Shown here: one piece after another, positions 37,161 through 47,693 of the stretch
How positions within the stretch are numbered: position 1 is the stretch's first letter
How the letters are laid out: each line of letters begins with the position of its first letter
Assembly (NCBI GenBank): GCA_964489445.1
Contig: CAZAYU010000002.1
Span: forward strand, 77,020-141,019
Length of the DNA stretch: 64,000 nt
DNA from: an uncultured Planctomycetia bacterium
GTDB lineage: Bacteria > Omnitrophota > Gorgyraeia > Duberdicusellales > 4484-171
Reading direction: 5' to 3'
Notes under the pieces: generated by a model
Database searches by the model: none
Told to the model about the DNA's origin: nothing
What the model saw: only the letters and a program-made list of their open reading frames with translations
Translations under genes and position numbers: made by a program

Positions 37161-37877
37161 ATGGGAAAAAATTTATGGGATAAAAAAACTAGCTTTATGT
37201 ATGTAAAAGTAGGAATTTTTTTTCTGACAGCTTTTTTTTTACTATTTATTGCTCTTTTATCAATGCGAAAGGTGGATATTTTTAAGGAAAAATATGTTAT
37301 TGCTGTTAAGTTTTATTTTGTTGAGGGCTTGCGTCCTTCTTCGCCGGTACGTTTTTGTGGTGTAGATGTTGGGGAAGTAGGCAAGTTAGTTATTCAAAAT
37401 GAGGAGGGGGGACATTCAGTTAAGGTTTATGCCCGGATAGAAAAAGGAGTAAAAATTCCTAAAGGTTCTTATTTTTTCATTAACAGTTTAAGTTTATTGG
37501 GAGAAAAGTATTTAGAGATTGACCCACCTTCTGTATTGACGGGGTATATGAATGCAGGAGACGTTATTGAAGGAATTTCTCCAATTCCGTTGTTTAATGT
37601 TTTTGCCAGCTTTAACAAAACAATGAAAGAAGTCAGTGAATTTGTAAAAGAGGGAAAAATAAAAACTTCTTTAGAATCTATTTTTTCAAATACTGAAGAC
37701 ATAACTATGGAATTAAAAGGGTTGGTAAAAGACTTAAAAGATAAGAAAGGAACGATAGGGCGGTTGCTCTATGATGATTCTTTATACCAAGAAACGGAAG
37801 AATTTATCCAAGACTTAAAGCAGCATCCCTGGAAATTATTGCATAAACCGAAGAAGTCTCGAGCAAAAAAGAGATAG
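37161..37877 (+). CDS. mlaD: MlaD/MCE-domain protein
   Basis: N-terminal TM; GLRPSSPVRFCGVDVGEV; LLGEKYLEI. Confidence 0.88.
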   Translation: MGKNLWDKKTSFMYVKVGIFFLTAFFLLFIALLSMRKVDIFKEKYVIAVKFYFVEGLRPSSPVRFCGVDVGEVGKLVIQNEEGGHSVKVYARIEKGVKIPKGSYFFINSLSLLGEKYLEIDPPSVLTGYMNAGDVIEGISPIPLFNVFASFNKTMKEVSEFVKEGKIKTSLESIFSNTEDITMELKGLVKDLKDKKGTIGRLLYDDSLYQETEEFIQDLKQHPWKLLHKPKKSRAKKR

Positions 37878-37986
37878 CTGATAGTAATGTGAAAGTAAAG
37901 TGTCGGGTTTAATTGTCGGCTATTGAATATGAGTTATTTATTCAAGCACAACAAGGACAAGCTTTAATTAGGTAGAAGGAACGGTT

Positions 37987-39315
37987 ATGTTTTATTGCGG
38001 AGAATGTGGTTATAAATCAATTAAATGGGTAGGTAAATGTCCGCTTTGCCAAGGCTGGGAGACTTTTATTCGGGAGAGCGATAGCCCTCAGAAAGAAATT
38101 GGGAGTAAATCTCCTCCTTGTTTACTGAGAGATGTCGAAAAAAAAGGAATTAAGAGAATTTCTACCGGATTAGATGAGCTCAATCGTATTTTAGGGGGAG
38201 GATTAGTTGAGGGTGAAATAATTTTAGTGGGAGGTCCTCCAGGAGTAGGTAAATCTACGCTTCTTTTGGATGTTGCTCGTCGACTTACAACTAAAGGAAA
38301 AACTCTTTATGTAAGCGCTGAGGAATCTCCCCGGCAAATTGCAATAAGAGCACAACGCTTAGGAGAAAAAACATTTGAAAATGTTTACATTGCGGGGGAA
38401 GATAATGCTGAAAATGTTTTTGAATATATTAAGCAAGAAAATTTTAAATTTGTAATTATTGATTCTATTCAAGTGGTGCATATTTCAAGTTGTGAGGGAG
38501 CAAAAGGAAGTGTTTCTCAAATTCGGGGGTGCGCTGATTATTTTACCAGGATTGCTAAAGCAATGGACGTGATTATTTTTTTAGTAGGACATGTCACTAA
38601 GGATGGGGTAATTGCTGGGCCGAAATTATTAGAACATATTGTAGACAGTGTTCTTTATTTTGAAGGTGAAAGCTTATCAAATTACCGGATTTTACGGTCA
38701 ATAAAAAATAGATTTGGTCCAACAGGAGATATTGCAGTGTTTGAGATGAAGTCTTCAGGACTGGTCGAAGTCAAAAAAATTACTGATATCTTCTTACCAC
38801 ACAAGGATGAATCTCTACCGGGAAGTTGTGTCATTTGTGCAATTGAGGGGTTGAGACCGATATTGATTGAATTGCAATCTTTGGTTAGTAAGGCGAGTTT
38901 TGGTACTGTCAGAAGAAGAAGCTTGGGTTTTGATTTTAATCGCTTTTCGCTTCTGGTTGCAATTATTGAAAAAAGAATAAAGATTTCCTTATCTAGCCAA
39001 GATATTTTTTTAAGCGTTGCCGGAGGACTAAAAATAAATGATCCAGCGGCAGATTTAGGAGCGGTTATGGCGATAATTTCTAGCTTTAAAGATAAAAGTA
39101 ATCCGCAAAGCATGGTATCTATTGGAGAAGTGGGTTTAGCCGGGGAAATCAGGAGAGTTAATAATATTAATCTAAGGCTGAAAGAAGTAGAAAGAGGTAA
39201 CTTTGAATTTTGTATTATTCCAAAGTCAAACTTAAAGGAGGTAGATAAACGGTTTAAATTTAAAATCAGAGGCTTTTCTTCTTTAAAAGATGTTATCAAC
39301 GAAGTGTTCAAGTAG
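37987..39315 (+). CDS. radA: DNA repair protein RadA/Sms
   Basis: C4 zinc finger, GPPGVGKST, KNRFG, Lon-like C-terminus. Confidence 0.95.
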   Translation: MFYCGECGYKSIKWVGKCPLCQGWETFIRESDSPQKEIGSKSPPCLLRDVEKKGIKRISTGLDELNRILGGGLVEGEIILVGGPPGVGKSTLLLDVARRLTTKGKTLYVSAEESPRQIAIRAQRLGEKTFENVYIAGEDNAENVFEYIKQENFKFVIIDSIQVVHISSCEGAKGSVSQIRGCADYFTRIAKAMDVIIFLVGHVTKDGVIAGPKLLEHIVDSVLYFEGESLSNYRILRSIKNRFGPTGDIAVFEMKSSGLVEVKKITDIFLPHKDESLPGSCVICAIEGLRPILIELQSLVSKASFGTVRRRSLGFDFNRFSLLVAIIEKRIKISLSSQDIFLSVAGGLKINDPAADLGAVMAIISSFKDKSNPQSMVSIGEVGLAGEIRRVNNINLRLKEVERGNFEFCIIPKSNLKEVDKRFKFKIRGFSSLKDVINEVFK

Positions 39316-39398
39316 AATCTTGGGATGTTTTATTCTACAGTGATTTCGGGTAGGCATAGTATAAGTATATCCGAATAATTATATTTAGGAGGAATATT

Positions 39399-40385
39399 AT
39401 GAGGGGATTAATTTTTTTGAGGATATTGTTTGTTTTTATCTTTGCTAGTATTGGTTATTCTTTAGGTGGAGATAATGCGCTTATCTTTGCTAGTATTGGT
39501 TTAGTCTTTGGCATGGGAATTGTTTTTTTTGAGGCTTTTGCTCGTAAGGTTTCTTTGAAAGGATTATCTAGCGCAGTATTTGGGATAGTGTTAGGTTTAA
39601 TAATTACTTGGATATTTTCCAAAACGTTGAATCAATTTTCTTTTCCGGAAGGGTTCGATAATATCATCAATACTATTAAATTGTTTGTTACGTTTATTTT
39701 TGTGTACCTAGGCCTTACATTAGGAATCAAAGGCAAGGACGATTTTTGTTTAGTTATTCCATATGTTAAGTTTAAACGCCAGGATTTAAGAGAAGAATCC
39801 ATAATTATTGATACTAGTAGTATCATTGACGGAAGGATATTGGATATTGTAAAAACAAAATTTATCGAGGCGAAATTTGTTGTTCCTCGATTTGTCCTTA
39901 ATGAACTACATGCTTTGGCTGATTCTACTGATCATATGAAGCGTCAAAAAGGAAAACGAGGGATAGAAATTCTCCATTCACTAAAAAAAGAGCCAAACAT
40001 TGAAGTAGAAGTCCAAGATGCTGATGTAGATAGCGTAAAAAGTGTGGATGAAAAAATAATTAGGTTGGCCCAATATTCAGATGCTCGAGTACTAACTACT
40101 GATTATAATTTAAATAGGATTGCTCAACTTCAAGGAGTAACGGTTTTGAATATTAATGATTTAGCTAATGCTTTAAAGCCGACGTTTATTGCCGGACAGC
40201 AATTTAATTTAAAATTAATCAAGGAAGGAAAAGAGCACAATCAGGCCCTAGGATATTTAGAAGACGGAACAATGGTGGTTGTTGAAAATGCTCGGAAACA
40301 TATTAGCCGTAATGTTGCAGTTGAGGTAACTTCTATATTGCAAAGTTCAAGCGGACGGATAGTGTTTACTAAAATGGTGCAGTAA
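39399..40385 (+). CDS. Membrane PIN/TRAM domain protein (YacL family)
   Basis: TM helices, DTSSIIDGR, TTDYNL, GYLEDGTMVVVE. Confidence 0.9.
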   Translation: MRGLIFLRILFVFIFASIGYSLGGDNALIFASIGLVFGMGIVFFEAFARKVSLKGLSSAVFGIVLGLIITWIFSKTLNQFSFPEGFDNIINTIKLFVTFIFVYLGLTLGIKGKDDFCLVIPYVKFKRQDLREESIIIDTSSIIDGRILDIVKTKFIEAKFVVPRFVLNELHALADSTDHMKRQKGKRGIEILHSLKKEPNIEVEVQDADVDSVKSVDEKIIRLAQYSDARVLTTDYNLNRIAQLQGVTVLNINDLANALKPTFIAGQQFNLKLIKEGKEHNQALGYLEDGTMVVVENARKHISRNVAVEVTSILQSSSGRIVFTKMVQ

Positions 40386-40435
40386 GTTTTATATGCTTTA
40401 CAGGAGCAACATGAACCTTCTATAAGCATTTAATT

Positions 40436-41572
40436 ATGAAAGTTGCAGCAATAATAGTTTGTGCCGGAAGAGGAAAAAGGTTGAAAGGCCCAGATAAAGC
40501 ACTTTTAGACATTGGTGATGGACCGCTTTTTTCTTATAGCGTCAAATTATTCAAAGGAATTAGGCAAATTGAACAAATAATTTTAGTTTTAAGGAAAGAG
40601 AATTTTAAAATAGCGGAAAAATATATTTTAGGTGGACGTATCACGTTAACAAAAGGGGGGCCAAAAAGAAAAGACTCCGTATTTAATGGTTTGTCGGCTC
40701 TAAAGCCGGAAATAGATTATGTGCTGATTCATGATGCGGCAAGACCGTTTGCAAGCAAGAAAGTAATCTTACGCATTTTAAAAGAGCTAAAAAAATACCC
40801 AGGAGTTATTTGTGCTATGAATCCTGTGGATACTGTTAAATCTATAGATGGTAATTTTATCAAAAAAACACTTAACCGAGATAGCATAATCTTGGCACAA
40901 ACTCCTCAAGGATTTAGAAGAAAAATAATCTGTAAAGCCTACAATCAATTTAAGCACAAAAAGTTTACTGACGATGCGCAGCTTTTAGAATTATCTGGGC
41001 ATAAGGTAAAGTATGTTAAAGGTGAATCTGGCAATTTTAAAATAACCTATTTTCCTGATTTTCTATTGTCTAAGCAGATTTTTGCTAAGAAAAAACATTA
41101 TAAATCTGGTTTGGGGTTTGATGTGCACAAAATAAGTCGTCGGAAAAAAGATTTAATTTTAGGAGGCGTGAAAATTCCTTGTTTGTTTAGCTTGGAGGCA
41201 ATTTCTGATGGCGATGTGGTACTACACGCTTTAAGCGACGGATTGTGCGGCGCGTGCAATTTAGGAGATATTGGCGATTACTTTCCTCCGGAAGCAAAAG
41301 AATCAAAAGGTATTAACAGCTGTAATATTTTAAAATTTATATTGAATAAGCTTCACAATAAGTATAGTATTGAAAATATTGACATTACTATTGTAGCTGA
41401 AAAACCTCGTCTTGTTTCTTATAAAAAAGAAATAACTGATTCTCTAAGGAGCATTTTAAATATTACAATGGTAAATGTAAAGATTAAGTCAAAAGAAGGT
41501 TTGGATATTTTGGGAGGAAAAAACAGTATTAGTTGTTTTGCTAATGTCTTGGTAAGTGGCAATAAAAAATAA
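40436..41572 (+). CDS. ispDF: Bifunctional IspD/IspF
   Basis: AGRGKR, HDAARP, QTPQGF; GFDVH, SDGDVVLHA, GDIG. Confidence 0.92.
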   Translation: MKVAAIIVCAGRGKRLKGPDKALLDIGDGPLFSYSVKLFKGIRQIEQIILVLRKENFKIAEKYILGGRITLTKGGPKRKDSVFNGLSALKPEIDYVLIHDAARPFASKKVILRILKELKKYPGVICAMNPVDTVKSIDGNFIKKTLNRDSIILAQTPQGFRRKIICKAYNQFKHKKFTDDAQLLELSGHKVKYVKGESGNFKITYFPDFLLSKQIFAKKKHYKSGLGFDVHKISRRKKDLILGGVKIPCLFSLEAISDGDVVLHALSDGLCGACNLGDIGDYFPPEAKESKGINSCNILKFILNKLHNKYSIENIDITIVAEKPRLVSYKKEITDSLRSILNITMVNVKIKSKEGLDILGGKNSISCFANVLVSGNKK

Positions 41573-41581
41573 AATAAATAA

Positions 41582-43018
41582 ATGGATAAGCAGAAAATAG
41601 TGGTTTACAATTCCTTAACCAGGAAAAAAGAAGAGTTTTTCCCAATTGATGATAAACAAATTCGCATGTATACTTGTGGAGTTACGGTATACGATGATTG
41701 TCATATAGGGCATGCTCGTAGTCTTTATGTATTTGATGTTATTCGTAAATATTTTGAATATCGTAAATTTAAAGTTAACTTTGTGAGAAATATAACAGAT
41801 ATTGATGATAAGATTGTCAACCGTGCTAAACAACTAAATGTTAGTTGGGAAAAACTATCGGCTAAATATATCAAAAGATATCAAGAAGACCTAAAAACCC
41901 TAGGCGTAAGTAGTAATCATGATGGAGTCGAAGAAGAGCCTCGAGCTACCAATAATATTCAGGAAATGATTGATTTTATTAGCGATTTAATTTGTAAAGG
42001 ATATGCTTACTGTGCGGAAAATGGTGTTTATTTTCGAGTCAGAAAATTTGATAAATATGGAGAATTATCTGGCCAGAATACCAATCAAATGTATAACAAT
42101 ATTCGGATAGAAGCTGACACTCAAAAAGAAGATCCTCTTGATTTTGCTCTCTGGAAAAAAAGTAAGGAAGGAGAGCCTTTCTGGGATAGCCCTTGGGGGG
42201 CAGGCAGGCCTGGTTGGCATATTGAGTGTTCAGCTATGAGCCAAAAATATCTTAGAGCAGAAACACTAGATATCCATGGAGGAGGAAGAGATTTAATATT
42301 TCCCCACCATGAAAATGAAAAAGCGCAAAGTGAAGCAAGAACTGGTAAATCTTTTGCTAACTATTGGATTCACCATGGGCTGCTAACGATTAACGGTCAG
42401 AAGATGTCTAAATCATTAGGTAATTTTATTACAATAAAAGACTTTATGAATAAATATCAAGACGCGGATATTTTGAAATTATTTTTTCTCTCGACACACT
42501 ACTCACATTCTATAGATTATACAGAAGTAAAGATTAACGAAGCAAAGAAACAACGGAAAATTTTTAATGAATTTTTTGATAAAGTGCATCTACGTGTTTT
42601 AAAGCCAGAAGGAAAAAATAATCCATTCTCTGAGAAGGATAAAACATGGATAGACGATATTTGTGCCAAGTTCAGAAAAGCTATGAATGATAATTTTAAT
42701 ACTCCACAGGCTTTAGGATATTTGTTTGAGCTAATTGATGCTGGGAATGGTTTCATTTCCTCTGATAAGCAAGACGCGAGTCTTTATGTTGTAACGAAAA
42801 TAGAAGAATTTTTTAGTATTTTAGGGCTGCGGGTGAAACCACATATTACTATGCCGCAAGACGTGGAGAAGCTCATTTGCAAGAGAGATGAAGCTAGAAA
42901 ACGAAAGGACTTTAAACAGTCAGATGAGATACGGAAAGAAATTGAGTTGCTCGGATATTTGGTTGTAGATACCAGTAGCACTATAAGACTTATTGAAAAG
43001 GAGCCGGATGAGCTATAA
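41582..43018 (+). CDS. cysS: Cysteinyl-tRNA synthetase
   Basis: CGVTVYD, HIGH, GRPGWHIECSAM, KMSKS. Confidence 0.97.
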   Translation: MDKQKIVVYNSLTRKKEEFFPIDDKQIRMYTCGVTVYDDCHIGHARSLYVFDVIRKYFEYRKFKVNFVRNITDIDDKIVNRAKQLNVSWEKLSAKYIKRYQEDLKTLGVSSNHDGVEEEPRATNNIQEMIDFISDLICKGYAYCAENGVYFRVRKFDKYGELSGQNTNQMYNNIRIEADTQKEDPLDFALWKKSKEGEPFWDSPWGAGRPGWHIECSAMSQKYLRAETLDIHGGGRDLIFPHHENEKAQSEARTGKSFANYWIHHGLLTINGQKMSKSLGNFITIKDFMNKYQDADILKLFFLSTHYSHSIDYTEVKINEAKKQRKIFNEFFDKVHLRVLKPEGKNNPFSEKDKTWIDDICAKFRKAMNDNFNTPQALGYLFELIDAGNGFISSDKQDASLYVVTKIEEFFSILGLRVKPHITMPQDVEKLICKRDEARKRKDFKQSDEIRKEIELLGYLVVDTSSTIRLIEKEPDEL

Positions 43019-43673
43019 GAGCAGAAATAAAAGACAAGCTTTATTTATTACAGTTGAAGGGTTAGAAGGAAGCGGAAAGAGCAGTGTTATTAAATATATT
43101 TATGGTTTGCTTAAAGAAAAAAAATTTAAAGTAAATGTGTATCGAGAACCTGGGTCAACTAAAATCGGAGAAAAAATTAGAAAAATATTATTGGATAACA
43201 AGAACAAGAAATTATCTTCTCATACGGAGCTTCTCTTGTATCTGGCTTCCAGAACACAACTCATCGAAGAGAAGATCAAAATTGATATGAAGAGATATGA
43301 TTTTATAATCTGTGATAGATTTTTTGATTCAACGCTTGTTTATCAAGGGGTTGCTCTAAATCTAGGTAAAATAACTGAAGAAGCAGTAAAATTATTCTCG
43401 TTGGGAGTAAGTCCGGACTTAACATTTTTTTTAGACACTCCGGTCGAGGATGGATTAGCGCGTTTAACGACTAAAGATCGAATTGAATCACGGCCGCTAG
43501 ATTTTCATAAAAGATTACGTGTAGGTTATTTAAGGATTGCTAAAAAATATCCGAAAAGAGTAATCAAGGTAAACGCGAAAGGAAATTTGCCAGAAATCTA
43601 TAAAAGAGTAAAGGTGTTGTTGGATGATTTTATTGTTCGGAAGCTAAAGCAAGGAAATATCGATAAGCTGTAA
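43008..43673 (+). CDS. tmk: Thymidylate kinase
   Basis: FITVEGLEGSGKS, REPG, CDRF; ATG 43008 follows AAGGAG. Confidence 0.93.
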   Translation: MSYKSRNKRQALFITVEGLEGSGKSSVIKYIYGLLKEKKFKVNVYREPGSTKIGEKIRKILLDNKNKKLSSHTELLLYLASRTQLIEEKIKIDMKRYDFIICDRFFDSTLVYQGVALNLGKITEEAVKLFSLGVSPDLTFFLDTPVEDGLARLTTKDRIESRPLDFHKRLRVGYLRIAKKYPKRVIKVNAKGNLPEIYKRVKVLLDDFIVRKLKQGNIDKL

Positions 43674-43677
43674 AAAA

Positions 43678-44442
43678 ATGGATATTCTGAACTATTTTAG
43701 CATTTTAAAAGATCAGGAAACTATAGGGTCTTCTTATCTGTTTGTGGGTGGCGATTTTTTATTAGTTCAAGATGTATTCAGAACTATTAATTGCCAGAAG
43801 GAGAAAAATTTTTGTGGTATTTGCTGGGATTGTAAAAAAATAAAAGAGATGAACCATCCGGACTTGTTTATTGTCGAGCCGGAAGGGATGACAACTAAAA
43901 TTTCTGCTATACGTGGAATAAATCAGTTTCTTTCTTTGAAAAGTTTTCGAGCGCCGTACAAAATAGTAATTATTAAAGATGGGTTGAGTTTGTCGACAGA
44001 CGCAGCAAATGCTTTCTTAAAAACATTGGAAGAACCACCACATAATTCGTTTATTGCTATTTGTACTCCCAAGATAGAAGGGCTCCTGCCAACAATAGTG
44101 TCTCGTTGTCGGAAGATTTTTCTTCCTTGCGCTGGCAACAGCAGCGGTTTTACTAATTCACTAGATGTCATTGATTTTGTAAATGGAAAAAAGATGGAGT
44201 TTAGAGATCGCCGTAAATTTTCTGTTTTTCTCTGGGAATTTATTCTATTTTTACGCGGCACATTAACAAATAAAGCTGGGTACCAAAAGGGAGCTAACGG
44301 ACTTTGTAAATATCCTGAATCTTGGAAATTTTATAGTGTAAAACAAATTTCTTGTATGCTAAAAAATGCTTTGAGAATTTATGAATCACGCGGTAACATT
44401 AATATAAATTTGGCATTAGAATTGATAAGAGCAGAGTTTTAA
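43678..44442 (+). CDS. holB: DNA polymerase III delta' subunit
   Basis: CGICWDC, HPD, AANAFLKTLEEPP, TIVSRC. Confidence 0.88.
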   Translation: MDILNYFSILKDQETIGSSYLFVGGDFLLVQDVFRTINCQKEKNFCGICWDCKKIKEMNHPDLFIVEPEGMTTKISAIRGINQFLSLKSFRAPYKIVIIKDGLSLSTDAANAFLKTLEEPPHNSFIAICTPKIEGLLPTIVSRCRKIFLPCAGNSSGFTNSLDVIDFVNGKKMEFRDRRKFSVFLWEFILFLRGTLTNKAGYQKGANGLCKYPESWKFYSVKQISCMLKNALRIYESRGNININLALELIRAEF

Positions 44443-44489
44443 TATTTATGGTAGAGGTAATAAGGAAAAAATAGGAATATAATTTTAAA

Positions 44490-45296
44490 ATGGAGACAAA
44501 CATGAAAACAATATTAGTACGATTGAGAGAGTCTGGTCAAATGATTGCTTATCGAGTGAATGACGATGTCAACCTTCATGACTCTGTTATAGTAGAGGCA
44601 GATAGAGGCGTTGACTATGGAGAGGTTATCAAAGTTTGTAGGGCTGATTTTGGGACTGACAAACAGGATGGCAAGATCAAGGTTTCTAAAAGCATTATTC
44701 GTAAAGCTTCCTCAGAGGATTTAAAGCAAATAAAGTCTAATAAACAGGAAGCAAAAGATGCTGCTAAATTATGTTCACGTAAAATAAAAGAATATAAATT
44801 AGCAATGAAATTAGTAGATTCTGAGTATTCTTTTGATAAAAAGAAAATTGTTTTTTATTTTACTTCTGAAGAAAGGGTTGATTTCCGGGAGTTAGTTAAA
44901 GAATTAGCAAAAGTATTTAAAATTAGAATAGAAATGCGCCAAGTGGGAGTAAGGGACGAAGCAAAGCTTTTTGGAGGGGTTGGCCCTTGTGGGCAGACAC
45001 TATGTTGTGTCCGGTTTTTAAAGAGCTTTGAGCCAGTGAGCATGAAAATGGCTAAATTGCAGAGATTATCCTTAAGCTCAGGAAAGATTTCCGGAATTTG
45101 TGGAAGGTTAATGTGTTGTTTATTCTATGAGTATAAGAATTATCGAGAATTATCAAAAGGCCTTCCCAAGGAAGGGCAAACCATAGCAACACCCCAAGGC
45201 AAAGGTAGAGTGATATCTGTTAATGTTTTGAAAAGAACAATTTGTGTTGAGCTAGAAGATGGAAGGATGGAGAAAATATCATTCAATAATGAGTAA
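44490..45296 (+). CDS. ricT: PSP1-domain protein (YaaT/RicT family)
   Basis: RVDFRELVKELA, GGVGPCG..LCC, GICGRLMCC. Confidence 0.88.
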   Translation: METNMKTILVRLRESGQMIAYRVNDDVNLHDSVIVEADRGVDYGEVIKVCRADFGTDKQDGKIKVSKSIIRKASSEDLKQIKSNKQEAKDAAKLCSRKIKEYKLAMKLVDSEYSFDKKKIVFYFTSEERVDFRELVKELAKVFKIRIEMRQVGVRDEAKLFGGVGPCGQTLCCVRFLKSFEPVSMKMAKLQRLSLSSGKISGICGRLMCCLFYEYKNYRELSKGLPKEGQTIATPQGKGRVISVNVLKRTICVELEDGRMEKISFNNE

Positions 45297-46818
45297 GTTC
45301 TATATTACAACCCCATTATATTATGTAAATGCCAGCCCGCATATCGGTCATGCGTATACAAATGTTATTGCTGATTGTTTATCTCGCTTTAAAAAGACAT
45401 GTGGTGATCAAGTTTTTTTTCTAACTGGAACTGATGAGCACGGAGAGAAAGTGAAAAAGATGGCTCAAGCTTCTGGCAAAGATATTGTCGAGTTTACAGA
45501 AGAGAAGTCATTGGTGTTTAAAGATTTATGGAAAACACTTAATATATCTTATGATTATTTTATTCGGACTACGTTTCCATTTCATGAACAAGTTGTTCGG
45601 GAGACAATTAATTTTTTGTTTCAAAAAGGCGATATATACAAGGAAAAATACAAAGGATTTTATTGCACTCCCTGTGAATCATTTTGGACTAATTCTCAAT
45701 TGTCGGATAAGAAAAATTGTCCTGATTGCAAGAGAGGTTTAGAATTAATTGAGGAAGAAAATTATTTTTTCCGGCTTTCTAAATATCAAGATTGGTTGAT
45801 AAAACATCTTATTGACAATCCTAATTTTGTAAGGCCAAGCACGAGGTACAATGAGGTTGTTTCTTTTTTAAAAATGAACAAGCTGGATGATCTATGCATA
45901 TCTCGTCCCAAAAAACGTTTATCTTGGGGAATTAATTTTCCACTAGATGATAATTATGTTGTTTATGTTTGGTTTGATGCATTGCTTAACTATGTCAGTG
46001 GTGCTGGTTTTAAAACTGATGATAAAAAATTTAGTCAATTATGGCCAGCAGATATTCATCTTATGGCAAAGGACATTTTAAGGCATCATGCTATTTTTTG
46101 GCCAATTATTTTAAAAGCATTAGAGCTAAAAATTCCTAAGATGATTTTTGCCCATGGTTGGTGGAAGAAGGATGAAGCGAAGATGTCCAAGTCAATAGGG
46201 AATATTGTTGACCCGAATGATTTGGTTAAGATAATTGGAGCAGATGCAGTAAGATATTTTTTGTTACGGGAAATTTCTGTAGGGTCAGATGGAAATTTTT
46301 CTTGGCCGGCAATTATTAATCGGGTAAATAGTGATTTAGCGAATGATTTAGGCAATTTAGTGTATCGGACGCTTAATATGGCAGAAAAATATTTTAATGG
46401 AGTAATTGTTTCTGAAATATGTGATATTCCTCCTGTATTTGAAAAAACCATCAATAGTCTACACTCACAATATATCGGGCATATGAATAATAGCCAACTA
46501 TCATTAGCGCTTGAGCGTGTATTTGAATTTATCGGTATAATGAATAAATATATTGAAGACTCTAAACCCTGGATTCTCTGGCGGGAGAAGAAGGAAATGC
46601 AGATTAAATATTTTCTTTTTTCTTTGTTGGAGGGAATTCGTATTGTTTCTTTATATCTTTATCCATTCATTCCTCAAACTGCTAACTCTATTAATCGACA
46701 ATTGGGGCTCAAAGAAGATAATTTTAATTTCCAAGATATCGCCTGGGGGACAGTTAAAAGCTTTACAGTTAAAAAAGAATCTCCACTTTTTCCTCGCGTT
46801 GAACAAGAGAAAGAGTAA
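45289..46818 (+). CDS. metG: Methionyl-tRNA synthetase (short form)
   Basis: FYITTPLYYVN..PHIGH, YVWFDAL, KMSKS; start reassigned to ATG 45289. Confidence 0.96.
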   Translation: MSKFYITTPLYYVNASPHIGHAYTNVIADCLSRFKKTCGDQVFFLTGTDEHGEKVKKMAQASGKDIVEFTEEKSLVFKDLWKTLNISYDYFIRTTFPFHEQVVRETINFLFQKGDIYKEKYKGFYCTPCESFWTNSQLSDKKNCPDCKRGLELIEEENYFFRLSKYQDWLIKHLIDNPNFVRPSTRYNEVVSFLKMNKLDDLCISRPKKRLSWGINFPLDDNYVVYVWFDALLNYVSGAGFKTDDKKFSQLWPADIHLMAKDILRHHAIFWPIILKALELKIPKMIFAHGWWKKDEAKMSKSIGNIVDPNDLVKIIGADAVRYFLLREISVGSDGNFSWPAIINRVNSDLANDLGNLVYRTLNMAEKYFNGVIVSEICDIPPVFEKTINSLHSQYIGHMNNSQLSLALERVFEFIGIMNKYIEDSKPWILWREKKEMQIKYFLFSLLEGIRIVSLYLYPFIPQTANSINRQLGLKEDNFNFQDIAWGTVKSFTVKKESPLFPRVEQEKE

Positions 46819-46821
46819 AAA

Positions 46822-47598
46822 ATGTTGATTGACGCGCATTGTCATTTTAATTCACTTTCTAAAGATAAGATACACCAGGTTGCCTCTGCTTGTTCAGAAA
46901 ACTATTGGTTTATTGATTCCAGTATTGACAAAAAGAGCTCTCAAATTTCTTTGGAAATATCTGGTAAATATGATTTCATTTATTCCTCTTTAGGGTTTCA
47001 CCCTTTTAGCTTAGAACAATATACTTCTCAGGATATTAATGATTATCAAAAGATGGTTTCAAATAATAAAAAAATTATAGCTATCGGGGAAATTGGCTTG
47101 GACTATAAAGCTAAAACTTCCCTAAGAAAACAAGAAGAAACTTTAAAAGATTTTCTTCAGTTAGCAAAAAAAAATAATTTAGCGATAGTTATTCATAATC
47201 GGCTAGAGCTTTTTGAAAAAAGAGAAGACTTGCGAATATTAAATATTTTAGATAGTGTGGTTTTCAATTATCCAAAGGTTATGTTCCATTGTTTTTCTTA
47301 TTCTCCTGATTTTTTACAGGAAGCTATCAAACGCAAAGTATTCATTTCGTTTTCGCTTAATATTTTAAGAAACAACAAAAATATTATTGCTTCTTTAAAA
47401 CAATGTCCATTAAACAAGCTTATCCTAGAAACTGATTCTCCGTATATGCGAATTAACAATTTGCCTTCTAGTCCGTTGAACATTTCTGAAGTCTATTCTC
47501 ATGTTGCTTCAGTTCGAAGTATCAAAGAAGAAGATTTAGAGGATACAGTGCTTAGTAATATTAATAGTTTATTTTTTAAGGAAAAAGGGGCAGAATAG
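46822..47598 (+). CDS. tatD: TatD family nuclease
   Basis: DAHCH, GEIGLDY, HCFS, ETDSPY. Confidence 0.92.
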   Translation: MLIDAHCHFNSLSKDKIHQVASACSENYWFIDSSIDKKSSQISLEISGKYDFIYSSLGFHPFSLEQYTSQDINDYQKMVSNNKKIIAIGEIGLDYKAKTSLRKQEETLKDFLQLAKKNNLAIVIHNRLELFEKREDLRILNILDSVVFNYPKVMFHCFSYSPDFLQEAIKRKVFISFSLNILRNNKNIIASLKQCPLNKLILETDSPYMRINNLPSSPLNISEVYSHVASVRSIKEEDLEDTVLSNINSLFFKEKGAE

Positions 47599-47693
47599 AT
47601 ATTGGTTATGATGGTATCTAAAGTTAGGTGGGAGTCCTTATGGCTAATATGATAAAATAAGTTGATTCGTTCTTTAGTCTGAAATATTGTGCT

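Noticed and set aside
37328-37350. SSPV in MlaD matching the delimiter motif
   Set aside because: It is part of the conserved MCE motif GLxxGSPV and uses TCT-TCG codons; coincidental.
43678-43790. HolB lacking a Walker A motif as a sign of pseudogenisation
   Set aside because: Delta' is normally ATPase-inactive, and its other motifs are intact.
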